Notes: a model not told the origin generated them from the letters alone. Positions 9,617 through 20,641 are shown, counted from the first letter of the stretch. The stretch: 64,000 bases of DNA from an uncultured Acidobacteriota bacterium (GCA_963804145.1 CAWDPI010000011.1:30563-94562); one strand, 5' to 3'. Translations and numbers: made by a program.

Positions 9617-11384
9617 ATGAAGATCAAAATCCCCCTCGGGTTCCCGCTGGCCGCCGTGGCCCTCTTGGCGCTGGGAATTGTTCCCGCATTCGCACAGAGC
9701 AGCCAGGCGAACGGAAAATTGAAAATTCATGTCAGTCCAAAACAGGCGTACGTATTCGTGGATGGAAAAGCCATTCGCGACGGCAGCCAGACCATCGATC
9801 TAGGCGCCGGCAGCCACATCGTCGGCGTTGACAACTACGGCTACACTCCCCAAACGAAAAATGTGGATATCACGGCAGGCAAGACGACCGACCTGGACGT
9901 CACCCTGCAGGCCTCCGGCGACAAGGTCAGCGGACCTTTCGGCGATATCGAACTGAAGGGCCACCCGCGCGCGGCGGTCCTGCTCAACGGCACGACGCCG
10001 GCCTATTTCGTCGGCCACGTCGATGAATTCGACAACAACTGGATCTGGCACCAATGGCTGCTCGTGAAGCCCGGAACGTACCAGTTGACGGCCACGGAAA
10101 AAGGACAAACGGTCTGGTCCGGGCCGGTCGCGGTGAAGGCCGGCGAGCGAGTGATCGTCGACCTGAATCATAACGGCGCGACGAAAACGAGGGACTTCAA
10201 GGCCGGCCTCAAGCTTGGGCCGGAGCCGCGGTTCGAAGCGGGCGTAGCCAGCGCGATGGTGCCCATCGCTCCGGTAACGGCCGCGCTTTCCGCGCAGGCG
10301 AACGCAGTCAATTGCGGGCAGTCCGACGCAGTTGAGCTGGAAGTCATCCGATGCGGTGGATACGGCGATTTCAAACCTCGGCAATGTCGCGGCGAGCGGC
10401 GAGCAAGGCGTGACCCCGACGCATCCGACGACGTATGAATTAACTGCGAAAGGGCCCGGCGGCACCGCGGAGCAATCCGTCACGGTGAATGTGAACGCGC
10501 AGCCGACGGCCACACTGGCCTTGAGCCAGCCGCAGATTCGCTATCACAAAATCGGCGACAAAGTGGTTGAGCAGGATTCAGCCACGCTGAATTGGTCGGC
10601 ATCCAACGCGAATCGAGTTTCGATCCAGCCGCTCGGCAGCGTTGCAACCGCCGGGACCAGCAACATCGAAGCCACGCCGGATCGAACGGGAACCGGACCC
10701 GTCGATCGCAACGTAACTTATACGCTCAGCGCAACGAACGCCTGCGGCGGCACGGCCACTCGAACCGCTACGCTGCACGTTGTCGGTTCCATCGATCCCG
10801 CGCCGGCGGTCACGCTCGCGAGCCTCTTTTACCCCACGGCCTATCCTGTTCGGCGCCATCCCAACGTGGGCTTGGTGTCCAGCCAGGAGAGGACCCTTGC
10901 GAAAGCCGCGTCCACTTTCAAGAACAACGAGCAGTACGCCCAGCAGGACAAACTGATGGTGGTCGGGCACGCCGACATCCGAGGGCCGAAGAAATATAAC
11001 GAGGCACTCAGCGCAAGGCGCGCGGAGGCGGCGAAGAGTTACCTCGTTTCCCAGGGCGTCCCCGCGGATAAAATTGAGACTCGCGCCGAAGGGAAAGATT
11101 CCCAATTGACCGAAGCACAAGTCATGAACCTGCAGTCGCAAGATCCGCAGGCGCAACCAGCATGGATGAAAAATAAAAAGAAGGCGACCTGGCTCGCTTA
11201 TAACCGCCGCGTCGACGTCATTCTCGAACCGACAGGCCAGGAATCCACCGAAGCGTATCCGAACGATGCCCCCGACGCGCGCGTCCTGTGGCAGCGTCCC
11301 GTTCCAGCACTCAAGACCGTCGAGACGGCGTCGAAAGTTTCTTCCGGAAACGAAAACGCCCAACTCGACAGCTCCCGCAATTAA
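9617..11384 (+). CDS. PEGA-domain / OmpA-family (peptidoglycan-binding) outer membrane protein, apparent +1 frameshift near 10325
   Basis: ORF 9617-10438 carries a signal peptide and a PEGA-like segment (KLKIHVSPKQAYVFVDGKAI). ORF 10332-11384 carries Ig-like repeats and an OmpA_C motif (MVVGHADIRGPKKYNEALSARRAEAAKSYLVSQGV). The two frames join at ...NCGQS|TQLSWKSSDAV... if one base is removed. Confidence 0.85.
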
Positions 11385-11685
11385 CTACACGAATGGGGCG
11401 ATGCCCCGGCTCCCGGCTGCGCCGAGCTCCAGGCCAGCCGGCAGCCGGGGTACGATCCTCATACTTGTAACGAGTCTCACGGAAGATTCCTGCGGCATGG
11501 CCGGCGGGCGAAGCTCGGGTCAGAGAGCAGCGGTTCGGACCGCATCCTATACGGGCCGATGAGCCGGCAAATGGGTATATACTCCCCTACAGTTTGAGGA
11601 TTCGTGGCGAGAGCCTGATGGTTGCATCGGGCGGCCCGCCCTGGTTGCCTCAGGAATGACTTTCCGGTGCGGAGGTGGAGCAAAC

Positions 11686-12048
11686 ATGCCTCTGAAGATT
11701 ACGAATCACGAAGTGAACGGAGTGGAAGTGCTGGCGCTGGAAGGGCGAATCGTGCTTGGAGAAGAGGTCGACACGTTTCGCGAAAGCATGAAAGGCCTGC
11801 TCGCTGCCGGTAAAAAGAAACTTGTGCTGGACCTGAAAAACGTCAAGATGGTTGACAGCTCGGGTCTTGACGCGCTGGTTACCGCGCATATCAGTTTGAA
11901 ATCACGCGGAGCCGCTCTGTGCCTCTGCAACCTGGGATCGCGAACCAACGAACTCTTGCGGATTACCCGGCTGGTCAACGTATTTGAAGTTTCCGACTCC
12001 GAAGCAGACGCGGTGAGGGCCTTGGCGGATCGAGCTTCCGCGGGTTGA
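11686..12048 (+). CDS. STAS-domain anti-sigma-factor antagonist
   Basis: ATG at 11686 follows a ggaggtggag SD. The sequence MPLKITNHEVNGVEVLALEGRIVLGEE...VDSSGLDALV... shows the typical SpoIIAA-like pattern. Confidence 0.85.
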   Translation: MPLKITNHEVNGVEVLALEGRIVLGEEVDTFRESMKGLLAAGKKKLVLDLKNVKMVDSSGLDALVTAHISLKSRGAALCLCNLGSRTNELLRITRLVNVFEVSDSEADAVRALADRASAG

Positions 12049-12346
12049 TCTGAGTTCCCAGGCCAGGCCTGATGTGACGCAACAGATCCGCGAACTTCGG
12101 CCCGCATCGCCAGGTTTATCAATGGCGAGTCTCGCTCCCCGACAAATCCATGTCCGCCTGCTCCAGCTTCTTGATTGCCGCCAACAATTCCAATGCTGTG
12201 CGCACTAGACGGGCAATCAGGCTCCACGAAGCAGGAAACCGAACGGACGGGCCGTCCGTCTATGAGTCTGTGAGATGACGTAACACGGCGGCAACATTTC
12301 ACATCACCGGCCGGCCAGGTATTCATTTCAACGGAGGTTTTGAAAA

Positions 12347-12721
12347 ATGAAAATTAAAGCAGTCGCATTGTGTTGCGCAGTGCTGTTCGCGGTCGTCATG
12401 GTCGCCCACGCCCAAGCGCCCGCCAAGGTTGCCGGGACGTGGCAGATGACCAATCAGGGCCGCAACGGAGTCCAGACCAACACGCTGACCGTTACGCAGG
12501 ACGGCGGCACTCTCAAAGGCACCATGAAGGGCATGAACGGCATGGAAATACCGCTGGAAAATGCCACCATCAGCGGAAACAACATCGATTTCACCGTGAC
12601 GCGGATGGGGCGCAACGGCGAGGTGAAGGTGGAATACAAGGGCACCGTTGACGGCGATACGATGAAGGGTACCTTCCAGCAGGGCGAAAACTCGGTTGAC
12701 TGGACTGCGAAGCGTTCCTGA
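12347..12721 (+). CDS. Small secreted hypothetical protein
   Basis: 124-aa ORF with an SD (ggagg), the signal peptide MKIKAVALCCAVLFAVVMVAHAQA, and a strong terminator downstream. Confidence 0.7.
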   Translation: MKIKAVALCCAVLFAVVMVAHAQAPAKVAGTWQMTNQGRNGVQTNTLTVTQDGGTLKGTMKGMNGMEIPLENATISGNNIDFTVTRMGRNGEVKVEYKGTVDGDTMKGTFQQGENSVDWTAKRS

Positions 12722-12750
12722 TCATTCTGCTTCACCGCATAGGCAACTTC

Positions 12751-12788
12751 AAAACTCCCGGGTGGCCCAGCAGCCCGGGAGTTTTTTC
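12751..12788 (+). terminator. Rho-independent terminator
   Basis: aaaactcccggg-tggcccagcag-cccgggagtttttt: a 12-bp stem followed by a T-run, 30 nt after the stop of 12347-12721. Confidence 0.75.
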
Positions 12789-12916
12789 CGTGAATGCGCC
12801 GCGATCACGACGGTCTAAAGTTTATCGAGCTCGTTTTTTTTCGGCAGCGGACCTCTCTCGAATACCGCCTCAAATGTCCGACATCTATCTCGGAAGGTAA
12901 CCCGAACATATTTTTG

Positions 12917-14059
12917 TCAGGCACTGAAATTCGCCGGCGGAAGCTTCAGCAGCTTGGTGAGCGTGCCACCCAGGATCATTTCTTTCTGGGCGTCGGGAAT
13001 GTCCGCTTTCAAAATATTGTCCACCGCGTCGGGCCAAGCATAGATCGGAATGTCCGTCCCGTAGACCACCTGGGTGGGCCCAGACCTCGCCACCAGATGG
13101 CGCACGTCCTCAGGTGAAAAGACCATCGCATCAACCATAAGTTGGTCCTTGAAATAATCAGCCGGCTGCCTTTTATTGGCGCAATTGGCGTTGCCGCGCA
13201 CGATGCAGGCTACGTCAGTGCGGCCCACATAAGAGGGCAGATAACCGCCGCCGTGCGCGCCGATAATTTTCAAGTTGGGGAACTTGTCGAGCGTGCCGTC
13301 GAAAATCAGGCGGGTGAAGAAAATCGTCGTCTCCAGGGGATTTCCGATGATGTTGCCCAGATCGCCTCTGGTTCCTTGCCATGCGTTCTCCTTCAGGACG
13401 TTCTCCGCGCCGCCCGGATGCTCGAACACCGGCACATTCAACTCCTGAGCCTTGGCCCAGAACGGGTCGTATTTGGAGTCTGAAAGAGACTCCCCGTTGA
13501 CATGCCCGCCCAGAGAGGCGCCACGATGGCCGAGCTGCTTGACGGCGTACTCAAGTTGAGCGGCGGCGAGATCGGGAAATTGCAACGAGGGAGAACTCAA
13601 CGCCACGAAGCGATCCGAGTGGGCCTTGCACCACGCTGCCAGACCCTGATCGGCTGTCCGGACAATCTTGTCCGCCAAGTCGCGGTCCTTCACCGCGTAC
13701 CACCAGTAGCCATTGATGCTGAGCACCTGAATGTCAATCCCGCGCTTATCCATTTCCCATATGCGCTCGTCCCCCATGGCCCGGCCGCCGGCATTGCGCG
13801 CGAACTCGGTGCCGGCAACGACCGGCCCAACTTCAGCGACGGTGGCGTGCGCATGTACATCCACCACGCGGACACGCCGGCCTCCTACCTGCACGATCCG
13901 TCGGGGCATTGGGCCGGTGGGCGCCCCTGCCGTTAGCCCGCGCCCCTGCGCTGCTCCTCCCGCCGCCTGCGCGCCGGCTTCGGCAAGTCCGCTGCTCATC
14001 ATCAACGCACCTGCTGTGCCACCGGCTACGGTCTTAATAAAATCTCTGCGGTTCGGCAT
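12917..14059 (-). CDS. Amidohydrolase-family (amidohydrolase_2/ACMSD-like) protein with a Tat signal
   Basis: 380-aa ORF. Twin-arginine signal is MPNRRDFIKTVAGGTAGALMMSS. A metal-binding HAH motif is present (VVDVHAHA). Confidence 0.85.
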   Translation of the reverse strand: MPNRRDFIKTVAGGTAGALMMSSGLAEAGAQAAGGAAQGRGLTAGAPTGPMPRRIVQVGGRRVRVVDVHAHATVAEVGPVVAGTEFARNAGGRAMGDERIWEMDKRGIDIQVLSINGYWWYAVKDRDLADKIVRTADQGLAAWCKAHSDRFVALSSPSLQFPDLAAAQLEYAVKQLGHRGASLGGHVNGESLSDSKYDPFWAKAQELNVPVFEHPGGAENVLKENAWQGTRGDLGNIIGNPLETTIFFTRLIFDGTLDKFPNLKIIGAHGGGYLPSYVGRTDVACIVRGNANCANKRQPADYFKDQLMVDAMVFSPEDVRHLVARSGPTQVVYGTDIPIYAWPDAVDNILKADIPDAQKEMILGGTLTKLLKLPPANFSA

Positions 14060-14308
14060 GATCCCTCCTTAAGGAATTCACAATTTGCGATCGCCCTCTC
14101 CCGACAAGTCTTGCTGCCGCTGCGATCAAGCCCGCAACATTCAGATGAGTGGCGGGAGTGTACTCCGGTTGCGCCCTATTGTCATCGTGCCTGGCCAGCT
14201 AGCTAAGGCATCGCCAGCATCATCGGCAGCGCTGGCGGCTGGTCAGTGTTATGATCCCGGCATTCGCTCCGGTAGTGTTCTGCTACCCTGGCATCCAAGG
14301 AGGAACCC

Positions 14309-14623
14309 ATGAAGTGGTATCACTATATCGCTTACTTCTTCGGCGGCGCTTTCCTCGTGAATTCCGTTCCACACTTCACCAACGGCGTATCGGGCCGCTC
14401 GTTTCCGAGTCCATTTTCCTCGCCGCCCGGTCAAGGGCTCTCACCTGCGTGGGTCAATGTGCTTTGGGGCCTTTTTAATTTGCTGGTTGGCTACCTGCTG
14501 GTGTGCCGCGTGGGAACTTTCAATCTTCGGAACACTCGCAATGTCGCCGTTGCTGGAATCGGCGCGCTGCTCATGGGGCTGATGCTGGCTCAGGCGTTCG
14601 CGAAAGTCTCGGCAGGCCGATAG
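14309..14623 (+). CDS. Small integral membrane protein (hypothetical)
   Basis: 104-aa ORF with a strong SD (aaggagga) and three predicted hydrophobic helices. Confidence 0.6.
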   Translation: MKWYHYIAYFFGGAFLVNSVPHFTNGVSGRSFPSPFSSPPGQGLSPAWVNVLWGLFNLLVGYLLVCRVGTFNLRNTRNVAVAGIGALLMGLMLAQAFAKVSAGR

Positions 14624-14820
14624 CCGGTAAAGGTCGCAACAGCGGGTGCGGCTATTTGTACATTATCTTATGGCGTCCGGTGTTGGCGAGCGCAGGCAAT
14701 TGCACGGTGCGAACGAAAATATTTTGACACTTTTTGATGATTGAACTAAAGCTGGTGCTATCATTTTGCGAGGGCGTAGTCGTCTGCCCGGACCAGCGAT
14801 TGCCGACAACAGGGGACACC

Positions 14821-16946
14821 ATGAAAAATCAGAGCCGCATCCACATGCGCGTCACCATTCTGGCTACCGTCACGTCGGGTTGGCCTTCTCGTGGCGGGAG
14901 AACCTCAGCCGGTCGCAGGCGGCGCCTGCGCAGGCTCAGGCGGCCTCCGGCAACGTGATGCACACGGACGATTACCAGCGCTCGGCGCGGCTCGATACCT
15001 ATCGGTGATTGCCGACAGCGGCGCGGGGCGCGGCGAAAACATTTACTTCTACAAATGCTGGATGTGCCACAACCAGTACGCCAAGACCGGCCCGTACCTG
15101 AAGGAACTTGTTCAAGCGTGAGTCGCAATTGATGTCCGGCGATCCGATGACCGATGGAAAATGTGGCCAAGAAAATCCGCGAGGGCGGGCCGGGAATGCC
15201 CGCGTTCGGCACCACGTTCAAGGATGTCGGATATCGCGGACCTGGTCACGTATATCAAGGACGGGAAGTGCTGCGTGGAGGGCGAGAATCCGGGGCCGAA
15301 TCCGTGGTATCGCGCGGCGACGCAAAAGTGGACGGTGCAGAGCGGCTTGTCGGGCGGCGTCACGGGAGTGGTCAAGATTCCGAGCGGAGATTCGCCGGAA
15401 GGCGTTGGCGTGCAGCTGATCGCGCCGAACGGCGTGCGCACGACGGTGTATACGGACGCGCAGGGCACACTACGAATTTCCCAAGATGCAGACCGGGGAT
15501 TACGTCTTGCGGATTCCGACGCCGCTGCTTGTTCAAGCCTTACGTCATTTACTCCGTCCACGTCGACGGAGCTACCAAGCTGGACGACATCGTTCTGGAG
15601 AGAGTTTCCGATACGGATGGCCTGCCCGCGACGCCGGAGATCGAACGCCAGCTGAGCGGCGCGGAATTGTTGTGGAATATGCCGGGTACGGCGCAGGAGA
15701 AAGCGACTCTTCAAAAGAATTGCTCCGCATGCCATTCCTGGAAGCAGATTTTCCGCAACCGCTATGACGAGCACAGCTGGGGCCTGATCGTGGACCGCAT
15801 GACGCAATATTCCGGCACTTCGCTCGTGATTCGCATCAAGGGAACCTCGATCCACGGGCGGCGGAAACAATTCGGTCACGCGCCAAGACGGAACCTCGCC
15901 CGAAGAAGTGAATACGCTGGTGAAATTTCTGACGCGAGTCCGGGGACCCGAATGCGCAAGATGAACCGCTGCGCGTGTTCCCGCGCCCGCGAGGAGCCGA
16001 CACGAAGGTCATCGTTACCGAATACGAGCTGCCGCAGTCGCTGTTGGCCTTGCATGATGTCCAAGGCGACTCGAAAGGGATGATGTGGTTCAGCAGTCAT
16101 AAAACCGATGTCGTCGGCAAACTCGATCCGAAAACGGGAATTGTGACGGAGTACACCATTCCGCTCACGCCGAAAGCGATGCCCGGCACGCATGCCGTGA
16201 GGATCGACAAGAACGATATCCCGTGGTTTTCAGAAAATTGGGGACACAACCTGGACCGACTCGATCCACAAACCGGAAAAGTCACGCAGGTCAAGATTGA
16301 AGACGCCGTTCCTTTGAATGCGCCTGGGTTTGGGAATTTTTCCATGACGGCTGATGGTTACGTCTGGGACAGCCGCGACTTCAATGTGCGAAAAATCGAT
16401 CCGGAAACGGGCAAAGTGGTCCAGCGCTATCCCCTGCAGGTGAGCTTCAGTTACGACAACCTGATTTCCGCGGACGGGAAATACTATGGTGGCGGCGGGC
16501 TGCCAGCCTGGGGAAATACGATGGAGCGGATGGACCTGAGTACGGGCGAATGGATCAAGCAGAACACCGGCGAGCACATGGCCACTGCCAAGCGCGGCGG
16601 ATTCGATCCCTACGACAATCCCTGGTTTGGCGGCGGAGACGGCGCGCTGGTGGAGCTGAACGCCAAGACCGGGCTCATCGAAGAGCACGTGCCTCCGACG
16701 GCGCCGAGCCCGCTGACGGATTTCTACGAAGCGCAGCCGGACAAGAACGGGGAAGTGTGGGCCGGGGTGCTGCACGGGCGGCAGATGGTGCGATACAACC
16801 AGCACACGGACGGCTGGACGGTGTATCAGATGCCGGAGCCGTTCACCTACGACCGCAGGACCTTCATCGACAGCTCCACGCATCCAGTTACCGTATGGTA
16901 TGTTGACTATAACGGTTACCTGGTCCGCGTGCAACCCAGGGAATAA
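14821..16946 (+). pseudogene. Cytochrome c / CarboxypepD_reg-like / beta-propeller (Vgb-like) protein, disrupted by about 9 single-base indels in its first 1.1 kb
   Basis: Stitching ORFs 14734, 14766, 14891, 15108, 15154, 15161, 15486 and 15975 gives one protein. It has a signal peptide (MKNQSRIHMRVTILATV), a cytochrome c motif (GRGENIYFYKCWMCH ... REGGPGMPAF), a CarboxypepD_reg-like segment (VQLIAPNGVRTTVYTDAQGTYEFPKMQTGDYVLRI) and a second CxxCH (KNCSACHS). An intact propeller follows at 15975-16946, paralogous to the product of 41261-42967. Confidence 0.8.
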
Positions 16947-17048
16947 GCGCGGGAACAATCGGGAAAGGCTTCCACGTTCAGGGCCGCCGAATGGGCACGG
17001 GGCGTGAACTCCGGCATTCGCCAGGGCAAAATGCCGGCCTCGCCTGCC

Positions 17049-18011
17049 TCACACCATAACTTCGGGGATTTCCAATTTTTGTTTGCGAAAGGCCGTCTCA
17101 AAGGCTTTGACGACTGCGGGATCGAAATCATAGCCCCTGCTTTTGACGATCTCATCGCGACCCTCCGCGGGCGTCACCCCTTTGCGGTAGGGACGATCGC
17201 TGATCATGGCGTCGTAGGCGTCCGCAACGGCGATGATCCGCGCTTCAATCGGAATATTTTCGCCCTTCGAGGGATGATGGCCCGAGCCGTCATACTTGTC
17301 GTGATGCGCAAGGATGATGGGCAAAATACGGCGCAGCGAGCCGCCGACGGGTTTGAGCATCATCACGCCTTTTTCCACGTGGGACTTCATCTCTTCGACT
17401 TCGTTGTCGTCGAGGCGCGCGGCTTTGTAAAGGATGCCGCGGCTGACTTCGAGTTTGCCGATATCGTGCAGCAAGGCCGCCGCGCGGACGTCTTCGATTT
17501 GCTGTTCAGGCAGGCGCATCTCAGCGGCGATGGTCGTGGCGTAGACAGATACCCGGTACGAATGGTTCTGCGTGAACTTGTCATTCCCGATGAACTGATT
17601 CAGGATTTGCAGCACGCCGTAGTAAGTCTCCCGCAGTTCGCTTAGCCTGCGCTCGCCAATCTCGTAGAGGCTCCCGGTGGCATAGGCTGAAATAATCAAG
17701 AAGCCCGCCCAGACGCCCAGGTCAGACCACGCCAAAAGCCCCTGGGTCTTCCACTGAAAAGTTCCCCCGAGGGCCGACGGATTCATCAGGTTCATCCACA
17801 CGACGAAGAGGATGGAGGCCAGGGCCGCTTCCACGGCGCGGCGGCGTCCAAAATAGTACGCAGCCAGAAGTGTCGGAAGATTGTAGAAAGTCAGAACCAG
17901 CCGCTGGCCTGCAATGAAGAAATTGACGATTCCAGCGGCGGCAATGATGGACAGGATCAGGAGAAGTTCTTTGTTAATGTCGCCGAGGAACGAAATCCAC
18001 TTGCGTTTCAT
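17049..18011 (-). CDS. Membrane-anchored HD-GYP domain phosphodiesterase
   Basis: 320-aa ORF with N-terminal TM helices followed by HD (LLHDIGKLEV) and HHDKYDGSGH...GENIPIEARIIAVADAYDAM motifs. Confidence 0.9.
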   Translation of the reverse strand: MKRKWISFLGDINKELLLILSIIAAAGIVNFFIAGQRLVLTFYNLPTLLAAYYFGRRRAVEAALASILFVVWMNLMNPSALGGTFQWKTQGLLAWSDLGVWAGFLIISAYATGSLYEIGERRLSELRETYYGVLQILNQFIGNDKFTQNHSYRVSVYATTIAAEMRLPEQQIEDVRAAALLHDIGKLEVSRGILYKAARLDDNEVEEMKSHVEKGVMMLKPVGGSLRRILPIILAHHDKYDGSGHHPSKGENIPIEARIIAVADAYDAMISDRPYRKGVTPAEGRDEIVKSRGYDFDPAVVKAFETAFRKQKLEIPEVMV

Positions 18012-18236
18012 TGTAAAACTCCTGCCGCAACGAAGCTAAGTTTCAGGATGGGAATTCCACCTAGCGATGGTGTCGAAAATTGCCTCCCGGTACATTAGTA
18101 CCTTAGTTTGTTGTGCTTGAAGGGTAATGGGCCTGGATGTCTGAGGGTCACGGGGCAGGGGTGGCCATATTTTCTTTACCATGTCAAGAGGTCCAGGGAG
18201 CATAAGTGAATCGGGTTGGTCCTAGATGGAACAAAA

Positions 18237-18264
18237 GGCTGCCCGCCCTAAAAACGGGCGGCCT
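18237..18264 (-). terminator. Possible orphan Rho-independent terminator on the minus strand
   Basis: On the minus strand: gccgccc-gttttta-gggcggg(c)agcc followed by ttttgtt. No annotated minus-strand gene lies upstream of it, and it sits upstream of the HD-GYP gene. Confidence 0.35.
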
Positions 18265-18443
18265 CTACATGACCCACTGCCTTGGAGGCAACTTCCTTGC
18301 GTGGGGGGCAGGAGAGGCGTACTATTTGCGGGCGTTAGTTCCAAATCGGAAATTCCGGCTGGCACTGGATTCGCTTTGAGGGTTATCGAAGCGAAGGGGC
18401 CGTAGCGTTTCGCTCTAAAGTGAACCGGAACAGGAGAAAATCG

Positions 18444-19100
18444 ATGTTGCGCATCAATGATGAAGCACCCAATTTTACAGCCGAAACTTCGCAGGGCACG
18501 ATCAACTTCCACGAATGGATGGGCAACGGCTGGGCCATCTTGTTCTCACATCCCAAAGACTTTACACCGGTCTGCACCACGGAACTGGGCTACATGGCCG
18601 GGCTGGAGCCGGAATTCACGAAGCGCAATTGCAAAATCATCGGGCTCAGCGTGGACCCGGTGACGAGCCACAGCAAGTGGGCCGCGGACATCGAGGAGAC
18701 CCAGGGGCATAAAGTGAAGTATCCGATGATCGGCGACCCCGAACTGAAGGTGGCCAAGCTCTATGACATGCTGCCGGCGGACGCCGGCAATACTTCCGAG
18801 GGGCGCACTGCGGCTACCAATGCAACCGTTCGTACCGTGTTTGTGGTCGGTCCCGACAAAAAAGTCAAACTGATGCTCAGCTATCCGATGAGCACAGGCC
18901 GCAATTTCGACGAAGTGCTGCGCGTGGTAGATTCGATGCAACTGACCGCCAAGCACCAGGTTTCAACGCCGGTGAACTGGAAGCCCGGCGAGGACGTCAT
19001 CATCAGCGGCAACGTTTCCAATGACGATGCCAAGCTGAAGTTTCCCGGCGGCTGGAAGTCGCCCAAGCCCTACATCCGAATCGTTCCCCAGCCGAAGTAG
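18444..19100 (+). CDS. Peroxiredoxin (1-Cys Prx6-type)
   Basis: ATG at 18444 follows a caggaga SD. The sequence MLRINDEAPNFTAETSQGTINFHEWMGNGWAILFSHPKDFTPVCTTELG carries the canonical PVCTTE peroxidatic cysteine motif. Confidence 0.92.
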   Translation: MLRINDEAPNFTAETSQGTINFHEWMGNGWAILFSHPKDFTPVCTTELGYMAGLEPEFTKRNCKIIGLSVDPVTSHSKWAADIEETQGHKVKYPMIGDPELKVAKLYDMLPADAGNTSEGRTAATNATVRTVFVVGPDKKVKLMLSYPMSTGRNFDEVLRVVDSMQLTAKHQVSTPVNWKPGEDVIISGNVSNDDAKLKFPGGWKSPKPYIRIVPQPK

Positions 19101-19126
19101 CAGGCGGCAAACGAGGAACATCCAAA

Positions 19127-20522
19127 GTGATTTTCAAGCAATTCTATTTGCCGTGCCTGGCGCACGCTTCCTATTTGATTGGAGACGAGGCGACGGGCAC
19201 GGCTGCCGTGGTTGATCCGCAACGCGACACGGACCACTACATCGCCTTTGCCGCCGAGCACTCGCTCAAAATCAAGCACGTCTTTCTGACCCACCTGCAC
19301 GCCGATTTTGTCGCCGGGCATCTGGAATTGCGCGATCGCGAGGGCGCTGCGATTTATCTTGGCGCCGCCGCGAAAGCGTCGTACCCGTTTATCCCCCTGC
19401 GCGATGGTGAAATTGTCGAATTCGGACGCGTGCGCTTGAAGGCTCTGGAAACGCCGGGCCACACGCCGGAGTCGATCTCCATCCTCGTTTACGACCTGAA
19501 CGCCAGCGAATCGCAGCCGCACGCCGTGCTTACCGGGGACACTCTTTTTATCGGCGACGTGGGGCGGCCCGACCTGCGCGCGGCTCTGGGCTGGTCGGCC
19601 ACCGAACTGGGCGGCATGCTTTTCGATTCGCTGCACGTGAAGCTGCTGGCACTGCCGGACGAAAGCCTGGTGTATCCGGCGCACGGTGCGGGCTCGCTGT
19701 GCGGGAAGTCGCTCAGCAAGGAAACGGTTTCCACGCTGGGAGAGCAGCGGCGCTCGAACTACGCGTTGCAGCCGATGAGCAAAGAGGCGTTCATTCAGGT
19801 GGTGACAGCCGATCAGCCGGAAGCTCCGGCGTACTTTACGTATGACGCCGTGCTGAACAGCCAGGAACGCCCGACGCTGGATCAGACGATGGCGCACGTG
19901 AATCCCATGACGCTCGATGACGTGCTCGGCTTGCAGCAGGTCGGCGCGCAGATTCTCGATACGCGCGAGTCCGGCGAATTCGCAGCGGCCCATTTGGCGG
20001 GCAGCATCAACATCGGGCTCGGCGGCCAGTACGCAACGTGGGCCGGAACGGTGCTGGACCGGGAGCATCCGATCGTGATCATCGCGGATCCTGGCCGGGA
20101 GAACGAAGCGGCGACGCGGCTCGGGCGCATCGGATTCGATCACATTGTGGGATATTTGAAAGATGGATTGCACAGCCTGGCAGGGCGGCCGGATCTTGAC
20201 GGTCACGACGGAACGAGTGAGCGCGCCGTTTGCTGCGGAGCTGTTGTCAGCGCCCGAGCCGCCGCTGGCCGTGGACGTGCGCACTCCGCGCGAGCGCGAG
20301 CAGAAACACATTGCGGGCAGCCTGGGAATTCCGCTCAATCACCTGGTGGAAAATTTGGGAAAGCTTCCGAGGGACCGCTCTCTTTTGGTTTACTGCGCGG
20401 GCGGGTACAGGTCGTCCATCGCCGCCAGCTTGTTGCAGCGCGGCGGATTTGAACGCGTCAGTGAAATTGCCGGCGGGATTGTGGGATGGGAAACCGCGAA
20501 ATTGCCTGTGCAAACTGGGTAG
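19127..20522 (+). CDS. MBL-fold metallo-hydrolase fused to tandem rhodanese domains (persulfide dioxygenase-like), apparent +1 frameshift near 20198
   Basis: The HxHxDH motif (THLHADFVAGH) and the first rhodanese domain are in ORF 19127-20452. The second rhodanese domain, with active-site CAGGYRS, is in ORF 20163-20522. The frames join at ...AGRPDL|TVTTERVS... after removing one base. Confidence 0.85.
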
Positions 20523-20530
20523 GCTACGCT

Positions 20531-20624
20531 TTAAGTGGCGCAGGCTTCAGCCTGTGGGGTTTGGTTGCACCATCTGCGACCGTGCCCCGACCAACCCCCA
20601 CAGGCTGAAGCCTGCGCCACCTAA
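20531..20624. repeat. Long palindromic hairpin repeat (GGCTTCAGCC family); possible terminator
   Basis: A 31-bp stem, gtggcgcaggcttcagcctgtggggtttggt (20535-20565) against accaacccccacaggctgaagcctgcgccac (20590-20620), with 1 mismatch. It starts 13 nt after the stop at 20522. Confidence 0.75.
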
Positions 20625-20641
20625 GCATTCAGAAATTGCGT

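Noticed and set aside
9617-10438. C-terminal tails of frameshifted ORFs treated as real sequence (for example ...VELEVIRCGGYGDFKPRQCRGERRARRDPDASDDV, and the tail of 19127-20452)
   Set aside because: These tails are Arg-rich off-frame read-through that overlaps the properly conserved continuation in the +1 frame.
19070-20338. Long antisense ORFs (this one 422 aa). Others: 58863-60317 opposite uvrB, 52328-53542 opposite rnc/lepB, 53924-55201 and 54552-55553 opposite AsmA, 36718-37764 opposite the deacetylase, 4018-5142 opposite the MFP, 46641-47408 opposite the anti-sigma gene, 16230-16958 opposite the propeller gene
   Set aside because: Each lies opposite a gene with unambiguous family motifs. 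Each has Arg/Gly/His-rich low-complexity translations and no recognisable domains. This is the expected stop-codon depletion in high-GC DNA.
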